This document shows, piece by piece, positions 1-13,685 of a stretch of DNA of 64,000 nucleotides. Made by a program: the position numbers and the translations under genes. Within the stretch, counting starts at the first letter, position 1, and every line of letters begins with the position of its first letter. Source of the DNA: Eledone cirrhosa (Eukaryota); the NCBI GenBank assembly GCA_964016885.1, contig OZ024755.1, positions 37,572,001-37,636,000 on the forward strand, in the 5' to 3' direction. Under the pieces are notes generated by a model. That model did no database searches. It saw nothing but the letters and a program-made list of their open reading frames with translations, and was not told the origin of the DNA.

Positions 1-139
1 AAATGTGGTTGGTGTTAGGAAGGGCATCCAGCTGTAGAAAACCCGCCAGACAGTCCTATGCGAGCAAGACAACCACTCTTGCCTCAAGTGGGAAAACTCC
101 CGTCCAAACCCATGCAAGCGTGGAACACGGACGTTAAAC

Positions 140-640
<501 letters not shown>

Positions 641-795
641 TTTGCAAGGTTTTTTTATATGAAATCGTGTGTTGAAATAAATATTGTTATATTTGGGGAG
701 GGTCATATTGTTATAATATTGCCAGAAATAATAAAAAAATACACTCACTGTTTGGTCTGGATTGGTTTTCGCTTCGGTATATTTTATATATCGAT

Positions 796-830
<35 letters not shown>

Positions 831-862
831 TATATATAATGTATGTATAGTATATTTGGCAA

Positions 863-1260
863 TATACTGTATGCTTAATTAAAAACATCTAAAAGACCAT
901 TCGCTATGAGTTTTTAAGTAGTGACAAGGTCACTTACTTATTCTCGGCTAAAACAAAGGAGTGTGATGGACAGTCTGTTTCTTGTAGGCGTTTATTAAGA
1001 CCACGCACTCCCTTGCTTCTGCCGAGATGTATAGAAGCTGGTTAATCAGCTTTTAAATACTACTGGAATTCTAAAAGAACTCACCTTCTATAAATCTTGG
1101 CAGCAGCAAGGGATTGTATGGTTTTGATAAATGTTAACAAGCGAGAAACAGACTGTCCACCACTCTCCTTTGTTTTAGTCGAGAATAAGTGACATAGTCT
1201 CTACTTTAAAACTCATAGCGAATGGCCTTCAAAATATTTTAAATTAAACATACATTCATG
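863..1260. repeat. Imperfect inverted repeat (arms about 175 bp), plus a partial tandem copy of the right arm at about 1345-1480
   Basis: For example ccattcgctatgagtttt / aaaactcatagcgaatgg and gacagtctgtttct / agaaacagactgtc. Related to 38227-38910. Confidence 0.7.
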
Positions 1261-3124
1261 TATACATCGCTATTTCAGAGCATCAATCCTAATACCTAAT
1301 TTTTGCTGGACCTGTAATCACTCTGTTTAATCAACTCCTGATTATTACTGGAATTCTATAAGAATCCAACCTCTATAATTCTCGGCAAAGGCATCTGAGT
1401 GTGTAGTCTTGATAAATGCTCTCTGTTGTTTTTGCCAAGAATAAGTGACATAGTCACGACTTTAAAACCAATAGCGAATGGTCAACCTACTAAATAGAAA
1501 ATCAGGAATTTTCTCCACGTGTCCACGTTACCACAGATATTCTTTCTACTATTTCAAACCAAATAGCTAATATATAACAATGTCGGATATACTACCTTTA
1601 AGTTTATTTCATTTGCTTTTTGTAATTATATAACTACACCTTAACTTTAACACACCACACCACCTTATATCCTATCTGATATCCTTTTCTCTTATTTAAT
1701 TATCATATTATCACCATAACATATATATTAATAAACTCCTTCCTGGATCTCTTATCTAATACAAATCAAATCTTTCTTAATAACCAAATAAACAAACAAT
1801 TTAGACACCCTAATATGCTCTCCATCTTTACTACTAAAATAATATATAACTGTTTCTACTTTTGGCACAAGGCCAGCAATTATCCCAGTACATTACTGGT
1901 ACTTTATTTTATCGACTCCGTAAGGATGAAAGGCAAAGTTAACCTTGGCGGGATTTGATATGAAATCATATATAACACTAATTAAATACCTGACAACAGT
2001 GTCCACAACACTAATTACTCCATTATATATTGCAATATATTATATAAATCCCTATCTAGTTATTAATAATTTAATTTTCTTTACACAATCTGAATAAATA
2101 AGAATAACAAATAATTTTTATATATAATTGATAAATAATCAATAATATTTTATAGTTTATAAATATTAATTTATAATACCATTTAATGAATGATAATTTT
2201 TAATAGATAATAAACAATAATTTAGAATAATAAAACAACCCTTCTTTTATTGTCAACCGTGATACTTCCTTAATTGCCTCCCTTTGTTATTAACTTCCCT
2301 TAAGAATATCTTTCCACTTATTTTTTATATTCATAACGTTAAAACAATTTAACGACATTTTTACTATTAGACTTTGTCTAATAACTCTTATATAACTCTT
2401 ATAGAACTCTTTATGGAACTCCCACATAAAGCAAGGAAATTATTTCTTAATAGAACATTTAAAGATAGGAATGCATTGTATAATATATTTACTATACTAA
2501 CATGTCTAGTAATACAGTGGAATTAATCGTTACTAAACACATATTTTTAAACTGTACACATCTCAAACACATTACAACTAAAGTTAAAAACATTCCATGT
2601 TTAATACAATTGCTTTACACCCAACATATACATTTACACACGTACTCTAATATAAATTTTCTTGAATGCCAATTACCTATCTTATTGACTTATATTTTTT
2701 GCATTATACATACATTACACAACATTTATTCATTTTATCATTACATATTTCTTTAACATTCTATATGAAATATGCTTTATTTATTTATTATATAACTCTT
2801 ACCTTATGCATGCCTTTATTAAATTCTGCTTTATATACCCCTTACATTACCTTCTTTTCAATGCTATGATATCTTTTATCTTTCCTCTCTCACATCTTTT
2901 TTGCTTGGTATCTTTTGCACATGTATTACCTTAAAGAATATCTTTATATATAATATGCTCAATATTTCACTCTTCGCCATTGCTCCTTATACTGTGATAT
3001 CTGTAACATACATCTTTTTGTAACTCCTGCTTTTAATATGATGTCACTGACACTGTCAATAGTTATGTATCTTTATCAATGTTCTGAAGACTAGGATTAT
3101 AATTACTTGCTTAAACATTCTGTA

Positions 3125-3172
3125 TGGTCCGATGAAGCCAGACATTCGTCTGGAAGAAACAATTGTCAGCAA
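3125..3172 (+). ncRNA. Degenerate type I hammerhead ribozyme motif
   Basis: CCGATGA - AG CCAGAC attc GTCTGG AA - GAAA CAATTG TC. Stem III is palindromic. Core has U4>C and stem I is weak. Confidence 0.55.
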
Positions 3173-3615
3173 TTAAAATGTATTAAACTAAAATTTGATT
3201 GTTTTATATTTTGTATCTCGGCTCTGAAATATATTTGATAATTTACATTGAGTATTTTCTCTTACCGGTAATTGGCTAGTACTTAGTACTACCCTCCTTA
3301 TTCATAATTATAAATAACTCATATATACGTATAGATATTATTATTATTACTTATATATATATATATATATATAAGTATGCATGTATACGTACATACATAT
3401 ATGTATACAGACGTACAGAAGCATGCACATATATATATATATATACATATATACATACATATGCATACAGGTACACATACATATATGCACGTATCAGTTT
3501 AGCGGCGCTTATTATAACGTCGCTTTGTTCGTTTGTAAACAAACTGAACAGCCTGAATTTATGCCATACGGTGTTAAGGCAACCACGTCACCTTTTTGTT
3601 CAACACTGACACAGG

Positions 3616-3660
3616 AACGATGTACTAGTTTCAAGCTTGTTAGCTATCATCAGCACCGTT
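3616..3660 (-). ncRNA. Minimal type I hammerhead ribozyme (intact core)
   Basis: Minus strand: AACGGTG CTGATGA T AGCT aaca AGCT T GAAA CTAG TA CATCGTT. Stem I is 7 bp and stem III is palindromic. Confidence 0.85.
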
Positions 3661-4052
3661 TACCCATCTGCCAGATAGTTGAACGTTCGAAAGTATATAC
3701 TTTCCTTATGAAAATTAACGGCTGAGCAGCCTAATTTGCATATTGAGTGAGTTAAATCGGTCAGGCATACCTGTATGCATATGTATGTATATATGTATAT
3801 ATATATATATATGTGCATGCTTCTGTACGTCTGTATACATATATGTATGTACGTATACATGCATACTTACATTTAAGTAAGTGCCATACTAAGAGTGAGA
3901 AATGAAATTTCGTTTTCATTTTGTTTCAATTTATCGTTTTCGGTATGCCTGACCGATTTAACTCACTCAATATGCAAATTAGGCTGCTCAGCCGTTAATT
4001 TTCATAAGGAAAGTATATACTTTCGAACGTTCAACTATCTGGCAGATGGGTA

Positions 4053-4097
4053 AACGGTGCTGATGATAGCTAACAAGCTTGAAACTAGTACATCGTT
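4053..4097 (+). ncRNA. Minimal type I hammerhead ribozyme (intact core)
   Basis: AACGGTG CTGATGA T AGCT aaca AGCT T GAAA CTAG TA CATCGTT. Predicted cleavage after GUA at 4090. Confidence 0.85.
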
Positions 4098-4400
4098 CCT
4101 GTGTCAGTGTTGAACAAAAAGGTGACGTGGTTGCCTTAACACCGTATGGCATAAATTCAGGCTGTTCAGTTTGTTTACAAACGAACAAAGCGACGTTATA
4201 ATAAGCGCCGCTAAACTGATACGTGCATATATGTATGTGTACCTGTATGCATATGTATGTATATATGTATATATATATATATATGTGCATGCTTCTGTAC
4301 GTCTGTATACATATATGTATGTACGTATACATGCATACTTACATTTAAGTAAGTGCCATACTAAGAGTGAGAAATGAAATTTCGTTTTCATTTTGTTTCA

Positions 4401-4430
<30 letters not shown>

Positions 4431-4431
<1 letters not shown>

Positions 4432-4602
4432 GGAAAAAATATGACCCCGACGGCTATTTCTGGACAGAAATAGCCGTCTAAACGGCTTGAGCTCTGCCGT
4501 CGGGGGTCATACTTTTTCCTATTACCCACTCTACTTCCCTAAGTATTGAGTACTCTGGTGCGTTATGGTCCATCTGGTTCCTTACCACAATTCCTTCGTT
4601 TT
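4431..4602 (+). mobile_element. Short hairpin-containing element inserted in (TA)n; family also at 9372-9405 (partial), 23496-23690 and 43934-44140 (reverse)
   Basis: Shared GACCCCGACGGCT...AGCCGTCGGGGTC hairpin and shared tail ttacccactctact...gttccttaccaca.ttccttcg. Confidence 0.8.
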
Positions 4603-5289
4603 ATATATATATATATATCCACACATACACGCGGGCGGTGGGTTGGCAGAATCGGTAGAGCGTCGGAAAACATGCTTAGCGGCATAGAGATATGGCCCTT
4701 TATGTTCTGAGTTTAAATCCCACCGAGGTGTAGCTTTGTCGGTTATCTTTACGGTGTCATAAAATAAAGTACCAGTAACGCACTGGAGTTGATTTAATTG
4801 ACTTCCCGCTCTCCTAAAATTGCTAGCCTTGTGCCAAAACCAGAAACCGTTATATTGTCTATAGGAATATCCCAACACAACACTATTGTAACATCGAAAT
4901 AACATAGGGCGTATGTTAGAACCTTTCAGCAAGGCAATTAATCCATTAATAACAACAATACTAATTATCTAAATATCATCGGAAATTCAATCTACAACTA
5001 ACTCAACCTGACAAAGGTCACATAATTTATAAATCTGGATTCAACAGACGACAAGTATGAGATACAAACCTAGGTCTAACAAGGGAAAATAGCACCAATT
5101 GCAAACATTGAAATTACACCCCTACCCCTGCAGCAAGCTATATAGTAGCTGTTAGACAATGGGATGGACAGCATAGTTTAAATAAATGAGGGTTTAGGGT
5201 ATTAAACTGAATTTTCATTTGTTCTACAGGTATCGTTTACACTTAAGTATACGTAAAGTATTGGCAAACGTGTTAGTGTATTTAAAGTG

Positions 5290-7945
5290 AGAGATCTGTG
5301 TAATACTGATCTGTGTAATACTGATCTGTGACAAATATTAAAGGGAGAGATCTGTGATAAATATTAAAGGGAAAGATCTGTGTAATATTGATCTGTGACA
5401 AATATTAAAGGGAGTGATCTGTGTTATACTGATCTGTGACAAATATTAAAGGGAGTGATCTGTGAAATATTCATCTGTGTAATACTGATCTGTGTAATAC
5501 TGATCTGTCACAAATATTAAAGGGAGTGATCTGTGTAATACTGATCTGTGACAAATATTAAAGGGAGTGATCTGTGTAATACTGATCTGTGACAAATATG
5601 TAAGGGAGAGATATGTGTAATACTGATCTGTGACAGATATTTAAGGGAGAGATCTGTGTAATACTGATCTGTGACAAATATTAAAGGGAGAGATCTGTGT
5701 AATACTGATCTGTGACAAATATTAAAGGGAGAGATCTGTGTAATACTGATCTGTGACAAATATAAAAGGGAGAGATCTGTGTAATACTGATCTGTGACAA
5801 ATATTAAAGGGAGAGATCTGTGTAATACTGATCTGTGACAAATATTAAAGGGAGAGATCTGTGTAATACTGATCTGTGACAAATATTAAAGGGAGAGATC
5901 TGTGTAATATTGATCTGTGATAAATATTAAAGGGAAAGATCTGTGTAATACTGATCTGTGACAAATATTAAAGGGAGAGATCTGTGTAATATTGATCTGT
6001 GACAAATATTAAAGGGAGAGATCTGTGTAATATTGATCTGTGACAAATATTAAAGGGAGAGATCTGTGTAATATTGATCTGTGACAGATATTAAAGGGAG
6101 AGATCTGTGTAATACTGATCTGTGACAAATATTAAAGGGAGAGATCTGTGTAATATTGATCTGTGACAAATATTAAAGGGAGAGATCTGTGTAATATTGA
6201 TCTGTGACAAATATTAAAGGGAGAGATCTGTGTAATATTGATCTGTGACAAATATTAAAGGGAGAGATCTGTGTAATACTGATCTGTGACAAATATTAAA
6301 GGGAGAGATCTGTGTAATATTGATCTGTGACAGATATTAAAGGGAGAGATCTGTGTAATATTGATCTGTGACAGATATTAAAGGGAGAGATCTGTGTAAT
6401 ATTGATCTGTGACAGATATTAAAGGGAGAGATCTGTGTAATAATGATCTGTGACAAATATTAAAGGAAGAGATCTGTGTAATACTGATCTTTGACAAATA
6501 TTAAAGGGAGTGATCTGTGTAATACTGATCTTTGACAAATATTAAAGGGAGTGATCTGTGTAATATTGATCTGTGACATATTAAAGGGAGTGATCTGTGC
6601 AATACTGATCTGTGACAAATATTAAAGGGAGAGATCTGTGTAATACTGATCTTTGACAAATATTAAAGGGAGTGATCTGTGTAATATTGATCTGTGACAA
6701 ATATTAAAGGGAGAGATCTGTGTAATACTGATCTTTGACAAATATTAAAGGGAGAGATCTGTGTAATACTGATCTGTGACAAATATTAAAGGGAGTGATC
6801 TGTGTAATACTGATCTGTGACAAATATTAAAGGGAGAGATCTGTGTAATATTGATCTGTGACAAATATTAAAGGGAGTGATCTGTGTAATACTGATCTGT
6901 GACAAATATTAAAGGGAGAGATCTGTGTAATACTGATCTGTGACATATATTAAAGGGAGTGATCTGTGTAATACTGATCTTTGACAAATATTAAAGGGAG
7001 TGATCTGTGTAATACTGATCTTTGACAAATATTAAAGGGAGTGATCTGTGTAATACTGATCTGTGACAAATATTAAAGGGAGAGATCTGTGTAATACTGA
7101 TCTTTGACAAATATTAAAGGGAGTGATCTGTGTAATACTGATCTGTGACAAATATTAAAGGGAGAGATCTGTGTAATACTGATCTTTGACAAATATTAAA
7201 GGGAGAGATCTGTGTAATACTGATCTGTGACAAATATTAAAGGAGTGATCTGTGTAATACTGATCTTTGACAAATATTAAAGGGAGAGATCTGTGTAATA
7301 CTGATCTGTGACAAATATTAAAGGGAGAGATCTGTGTAATACTGATCTTTGACAAATATTAAAGGGAGAGATCTGTGTAATACTGATCTTTGACAAATAT
7401 TAAAGGGAGTGATCTGTGTAATACTGATCTTTGACAAATATTAAAGGGAGAGATCTGTGTAATACTGATCTTTGACAAATATTAAAGGGAGTGATCTGTG
7501 TAATACTGATCTGTGACAAATATTAAAGGGAGAGATCTGTGTAATACTGATCTTTGACAAATATTAAAGGGAGAGATCTGTGTAATACTGATCTGTGACA
7601 AATATTAAAGGGAGAGATCTGTGTAATACTGATCTGTGACAAATATTAAAGGGAGAGATCTGTGTAATACTGATCTGTGACAAATATTAAAGGGAGAGAT
7701 CTGTGTAATACTGATCTGTGACAAATATTAAAGGGAGTGATCTGTGTAATACTGATCTGTGACAAATATTAAAGGGAGTGATCTGTGTAATACTGATCTG
7801 TGACAAATATTAAAGGGAGAGATCTGTGTAATACTGATCTGTGACAAATATTAAAGGGAGAGATCTGTGTAATACTGATCTGTGATAGATATTAAAGGGA
7901 GTGATCTGTGTAATATTGATCTGTGATAGATATTAAAGGATATTA
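5290..7945. repeat. 41-bp satellite GATCTGTGTAATACTGATCTGTGACAAATATTAAAGGGAGA, about 60+ copies
   Basis: Period of 41 counted directly. Confidence 0.97.
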
Positions 7946-8498
7946 AAGAATAAGTGAGTGGGAGAGAGAGAGAGAAAGGGTGAGAAAGAAAGAGAAAGAG
8001 AGAGAAAAGAAGAAGGAAAAGAGTCAATCCCAAATGGCTGAACTTAAATTCAAAATCGAATTAACAACAACAAGCGAGATAGGGAAGATAGAGAGGAGAG
8101 AACGGATGTCACCGCAATAAATTAATATTACTGTATATATTTTATCTAATAATTCTTCAAACTTGCAATTTTATATATAGCTCTGATTAATGATTATTTG
8201 CTTGATTAATTCTTCATCGAGCCACACCGTGAAAGGTAGCCAAACTCATATATTTATCGGTGACTATGTCTAATTATATATATATATATATACCTTTGAA
8301 TTTAAAATATACACCCGTAAGGTTGAGTAAAACTTTAGGCAGTATCTGGCTGCGCTTTCTAGCAACCAGCCTACTCGCCGACGGGCAACACCGATCACAA
8401 ATTTCTGCCTTGACCGCTAGCCACGTGATAGTTCTTAGTCATTTTTGAATTCATTTCTGACGGGGATCATGGTAGAAAATTTAGTCCAGACTCGGGGC

Positions 8499-8584
8499 GT
8501 CTCTTGATGAGTTCCAAGCCTCGTGGATAAATCCAAGATCGGGTATATCCACAAAAAAAGAACGAAACTACCTGTAGTCGAGAC
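8499..8584 (+). ncRNA. Type I hammerhead motif with extended loop 2
   Basis: GTCTC TTGATGA GTTC...(GTGGATA...TATCCAC)...GAAC GAAA CTAC ct GTAG TC GAGAC. Core has C3>U; cleavage triplet is GUC. Confidence 0.7.
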
Positions 8585-8929
8585 TAGAGGAATTTTGGTA
8601 AAGTTTATGTGCATTTTTTCTTCAAACTTCTATGTTGTACCTAGCTCCGTGTAGTTGATTATTTGTCTAGTCAATTTCTACGGGGTAAAAGAAATAACTA
8701 GGTAAATTTTATCTGGCTGTACCTCGCGGAAGATAGTCTGTATCATTTGTCAATTATTTCTTCATAATTACATTTTAAACTTATAGCCTCGTTTAAATGA
8801 TTATTTATGTGGTTGATTTCTACGGACTAGGAAGAGGAAATACTGTATATATTTTATCTAATAATTCTTCAAACTTGCAATTTTATATATACATACATAT
8901 ATATATATATATATATTTAATATAGAAAT

Positions 8930-8980
8930 GGCTTCTACAGGACTAGAACTGTTTTATTCGGGAGAAATCATCAGGAAGCC
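8930..8980 (-). ncRNA. Type I hammerhead motif in the left arm of palindrome 8915-9050
   Basis: Minus strand: GGCTTC CTGATGA TTTC tccc GAAT AAAA CAG ttctagtc CTG TA GAAGCC. G12 is mutated here, but the mirror arm keeps GAAA. Confidence 0.65.
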
Positions 8981-9122
8981 CAATAATTTCCGGATGATTT
9001 CTCTCGAATGAAACAGTCCTAGTCCTGTAGAAGCCATTTCTATATTAAATATATATATATATATATGTATATATATACATATGTGTGTGTATAGTCAGTG
9101 ATAGGTAGTTAATTAGTTCATT

Positions 9123-9252
9123 ATTTTGCCATCGTTTCAGAGGGTCGATTGATCATGGAAGATCGATGTATTGATTAGCATGGTAGTGTTTAAGCTACTA
9201 CCTACTTCTAGTCTCGAAATTCCTGTTCAATCGGCCGTCTTCTTCAGAAACA
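9123..9252 (-). ncRNA. Degenerate hammerhead motif with long stem/loop 2
   Basis: Minus strand: CTGAAGA AGA C GG C CGATTGA ... TCAATCG A CC C TCT GAAA CGATG GC. The cleavage triplet and stem I have decayed. Confidence 0.5.
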
Positions 9253-9272
9253 CTAGACTGTGATTTTATTTG

Positions 9273-9364
<92 letters not shown>

Positions 9365-9498
9365 GAAAACTGGACCCCGACGGCTGAGCTCCTGCCGTTT
9401 CAACAGCTCTCTCGCAAAGAATCGCTGCTTTCACCCATAACGGGATCTTCTGAAACTAAAAAAATCAATCTGTGAACGCAGAAGTAAATATTTCGAAA

Positions 9499-9828
9499 CA
9501 CCTGGAGAAAGAGAGAGAGAGAGATTTATAGTCTGTAGACCTGGAAAGAGAGAGAGAGGGAGAGAGTTGTAGTGTGTAGACCTGGAGAGAGGGAGAGAGG
9601 GAGAGAGTTGTAGTGTGTAGATCTGGAGAGAGAGGAAGAGAGTTGTAGTGTGTAGACCTGGAGAGAGAGAGAGAGAGAGAGAGAGAGTTGTAGTGTGTAG
9701 ACCTGGAGAGAGAGAGAGAGAGAGAGAGAGTTGTAGTGTGTAGACCTGGAGAGAGAGAGAGAGAGAGAGTTGTAGTGTGTAGACCTGGAGAGAGAGAGAG
9801 AGAGAGAGAGAGTTGTAGTGTGTAGACC

Positions 9829-9861
<33 letters not shown>

Positions 9862-9877
9862 GTAGTGTGTAGACCTG

Positions 9878-9910
<33 letters not shown>

Positions 9911-10043
9911 AGTGTGTAGACCTGGAGAGAGAGAGAGAGAGAGAGTTGTAGTGTGTAGACCTGGAGAGAGAGAGAGAGAGAGTTGTAGTGTGTAGACCTG
10001 GAGAGAGAGAGAGAGAGAGAGAGAGAGTTGTAGTGTGTAGACC

Positions 10044-10084
<41 letters not shown>

Positions 10085-10184
10085 GTAGTGTGTAGACCTG
10101 GAGAGAGAGAGAGAGGGAGAGAGTTGTAGTGTGTAGACCTGGAGAGAGAGAGAGAGAGAGAGAGAGAGTTGTAGTGTGTAGACC

Positions 10185-10217
<33 letters not shown>

Positions 10218-10309
10218 GTAGTGTGTAGACCTGGAGAGAGAGAGAGAGAGAGAGTTGTAGTGTGTAGACCTGGAGAGAGAGAGAGAGAGAGAGTTGTAGT
10301 GTGTAGACC

Positions 10310-10344
<35 letters not shown>

Positions 10345-10358
10345 GTAGTGTGTAGACC

Positions 10359-10391
<33 letters not shown>

Positions 10392-10405
10392 GTAGTGTGT
10401 AGACC

Positions 10406-10438
<33 letters not shown>

Positions 10439-10452
10439 GTAGTGTGTAGACC

Positions 10453-10485
<33 letters not shown>

Positions 10486-10939
10486 GTAGTGTGTAGACCT
10501 GGAGAGAGAGAGAGAGAGAGAGAGTTGTAGTGTGTAGACCTGGAGAGAGAGAGAGAGAGAGAGAGAGTTGTAGTGTGTAGACCTGGAGAGAGAGAGAGAG
10601 AGAGAGAGTTGTAGTGTGTAGACCTGGAGAGAGAGAGAGAGAGAGAGAGAGTTGTAGTGTGTAGACCTGGAGAGAGAGAGAGAGAGAGTTGTAGTGTGTA
10701 GACCTGGAGAGAGAGAGAGAGAGAGAGTTGTAGTGTGTAGACCTGGAGAGAGAGAGAGAGAGAGAGAGAGTTGTAGTGTGTAGACCTGGAGAGAGAGAGA
10801 GGGAGAGAGTTGTAGTGTGTAGACCTGGAGAGAGAGAGAGAGAGTTGTAGTGTGTAGACCTGGAGAGAGAGAGAGAGAGAGAGAGTTGTAGTGTGTAGAC
10901 CTGGAGAGAGAGGGGGAGACAGTTGTAGTGTGTAGACCT
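9499..10939. repeat. Compound minisatellite: constant TTGTAGTGTGTAGACCTG + variable-length (GA)n
   Basis: Roughly 35-40 units. The 509-aa minus-strand ORF is its artefact. Confidence 0.97.
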
Positions 10940-12261
10940 CAAGGGGTCTGTAGAAAGCAAATGTTTTACATCGTTATTTTATCAGCAACTGCTCCGAACT
11001 GTCTTTAGCTGGGTCTAAGACAGGCTATTTATATCTGTCGCTTCCTCTGTCCCCTGCCTCGAGAACCACAGGGGTGACCTTGACAGATTGCCCACGTACA
11101 GATTTGTTTATGCCAAAAATGAGGTAACCCAGAATTTTACCATTAAATGTCACCCAGGGGTCAAGGTATGGATAGATTTCGCTGCATAACATCATATATC
11201 GTTTCAGATATACACAAACAATACATTCTCACATATAAGGATTGGTGTACCTACATGCACACAGACACACGTATCTATAGATGGGAGAATTTTAAAGACG
11301 ATCATACGTATGTGTCTGTATACTGCTAACGAATTTTTATAGCCGTATCTATGGAAGCGATACCAGCACATGCTATAAATACCTTTCCAAGTATCTCATT
11401 GTCACTGGGCAGTGTGAATCGATGTGGAGATGTAATCACACGGCCTGGTATGAGTAAGATCCTCTTTATACCCATAAGGGTGCCTGGTTATTTCAGCTCC
11501 TTAGCCTCGCAATCACCCTTGATAATGTTGCGAGCGTGATGGCTCACCTCAAAGAGTTTAGTTAACCCCTAAGATGTGAGGTGCGGCCGATTGCCGCCTT
11601 TGCTGGTAAATTCCACGCCTTTTTCTCCTTTATCATTCAATGAGTTATATAAATGCTATTTCTTAAGTAAAAAGTTTAATCTTTCTAAAAACATTTTATG
11701 CATTTTCGATATTAAATTTCCTTTTTTTTATCTGTTCAAGGGAAATTATCCTAAAAATACATTAAAGAGTTGTCTCCGCAGCTTTTTAAAAAAAAAAAAA
11801 ACATTTTAAAAACCTATTTCATGAATTCATTTCCATATTGAACTGGTAAGTTTAAGGGAAACAACTCTTAAAATATTTTAAAGCTTTTTTTTCCCCATAC
11901 ATATCTTTGAAATAAATACTGTTAAACAATTACAACAGTTTCATGAATTATTTTTCTGGAGCCCACTTTTTAATGAAATATTTGAGTTCTTCTTTGATTA
12001 GTTTAAGGAAGACAACTCTGAAAGTATCCTCGAATTCCCCCCCCCCCCCCCCCCCCCCGTATATTCTTTGAAATATTTTCTTATTCTATAACCCAAATTT
12101 CATGTAATCATGTATATACCCTTGAAATATATTTTAATGAGTTGCCTCCCTTGAAATTCTAATATTTTTTCGAAATATTTTATTCTATCATATTATTTAA
12201 ATTTCATGTACTCATGACTACTGCGTTGAAATGTTTTAATTTTTTATATAGCTCTTTACGT

Positions 12262-13195
12262 TCAGACGCGCATACAAATAACAAAGCCAGGGGAATTTTT
12301 TGATGCCACAACACTACACAGAGAAATGGCTGGCTTCAACCACATAGATATAACAGAGGAAGATGTAATATCAGCCATAGAAGAAATGAGAGCAATCATT
12401 CTAAAAACATGCTCGTGAGCCTTAGTAAGACCACTGAAGAACCTCTTCAGAAGTTCCTTGGCTAGCAGTAAACTACACAGAGAGCTAAAGGAAGACACAA
12501 TATGCCCTATCTATAAAGGAGCAAACAGAGCGGATGCTAAAACTACAGGCCAGTCTCCCTGACGTCACATAACAGTATGGTCATGGAACGAATCATCAGA
12601 AAGAAACTGATCCCATTCCTCGCCTAACTAACACTCAACATGGCTTTCGCCTGGGAAGAAGCTGCTTTACACAGCTGTTATAACACTATGACTGGGTACT
12701 GAAACAACTGCTGGACAGCTCACATGTGGACGTGATATATCTTGACTTTGTGAAGGCCTTTGACAAGGTCGACCACGGAATGATATGTCACAAACTACAC
12801 GGACTCGGCATATCTGGAAAAGTAGGTGAGTGGTTGCATGATTTCTTAAAAGAAACATCAATAACAAGTGGGGTGCCCCAGGGCACAGTCTTGGGACCAC
12901 TACTGTTTTTGGTGGCTCTCTCATACATGCCCTCTGTAGTACATACAACATCCCTCACTAGCTATGCTGATGACACTAAGGTAGCACAGACAATCAAAAA
13001 ACGGGCTTATGCTACACTTTTACAACAAGATCTGGATGACATATACAAATGGGCTGAGGACAACAACATGTGATTTAATGCTAGAAAATGTCAAGCCCTA
13101 CAATATCAACCTGCTAACACAAGGACAGTACAACAAAGCTACAATGGACCAGGAGGAATCGAAATCCCTGTGTGCAAAGCGAAACTGGATTTGAA
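12262..13195 (+). mobile_element. Degraded CR1/L2-clade LINE reverse transcriptase fragment
   Basis: NYRPVSLTS, QHGFR, DVIYLDFVKAFDKVDH, SGVPQGTVLGPLLFL and YADDTK motifs, with stops and an internal deletion. Confidence 0.9.
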
Positions 13196-13263
13196 CTATA
13201 TACTGAACAATACTGGAATAGAACTATCAAGACCATTGAGGTATGTCATACATCAATTCATGT

Positions 13264-13329
13264 ATGTTATCTGACGAGGACGTACTGAAAAAACAGCACA
13301 GTACCTTCGAAATATATATAATAAAACAT
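13264..13329 (+). ncRNA. Type I hammerhead ribozyme (intact core)
   Basis: ATGTTAT CTGACGA GGA C GTACTG loop CAGTAC C TTC GAAA TATATA TA ATAAAACAT. Stem III is palindromic. Confidence 0.75.
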
Positions 13330-13573
13330 ATATGAGTGTGTGAATGTCTTCATTTATTATTATTCTGAATAAGTATATATATATATATATATATATATCA
13401 TAAATCATGTCTTTAGAATCATCAGATAAAATATATACTATTTCTTCTTCTAATTAGCATAATTAACCATATAAAAAATCAATTAGAACAAGCTATAAGA
13501 ATAAATGCTCTTATGGAGAAATCTCCGACAAATAACAACATGTATATATCTATAACTTTATGTATATGTTAAC

Positions 13574-13685
<112 letters not shown>

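Larger units (their letters stand above)
3372..4406. mobile_element. Penelope-like pseudo-LTR module: inverted copy + 5'-truncated tandem copy + full unit, in (TA)n
   Basis: 3372-3771 is the reverse complement of about 3942-4339. 3769-3934 is a direct copy of about 4241-4406. Each long arm carries a hammerhead. Confidence 0.75.

Noticed and set aside
1500-3100. Possible decayed Penelope ORF upstream of the 3125 hammerhead
   Set aside because: Strand-biased AT-rich sequence, but I could not read any RT or GIY-YIG motif. A translated HMM search is needed.
9431-10960. 509-aa ORF and CRISPR-like repeat/spacer look
   Set aside because: The spacers are only (GA)n, there are no cas genes and the context is eukaryotic. 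The ORF is a repeat artefact.
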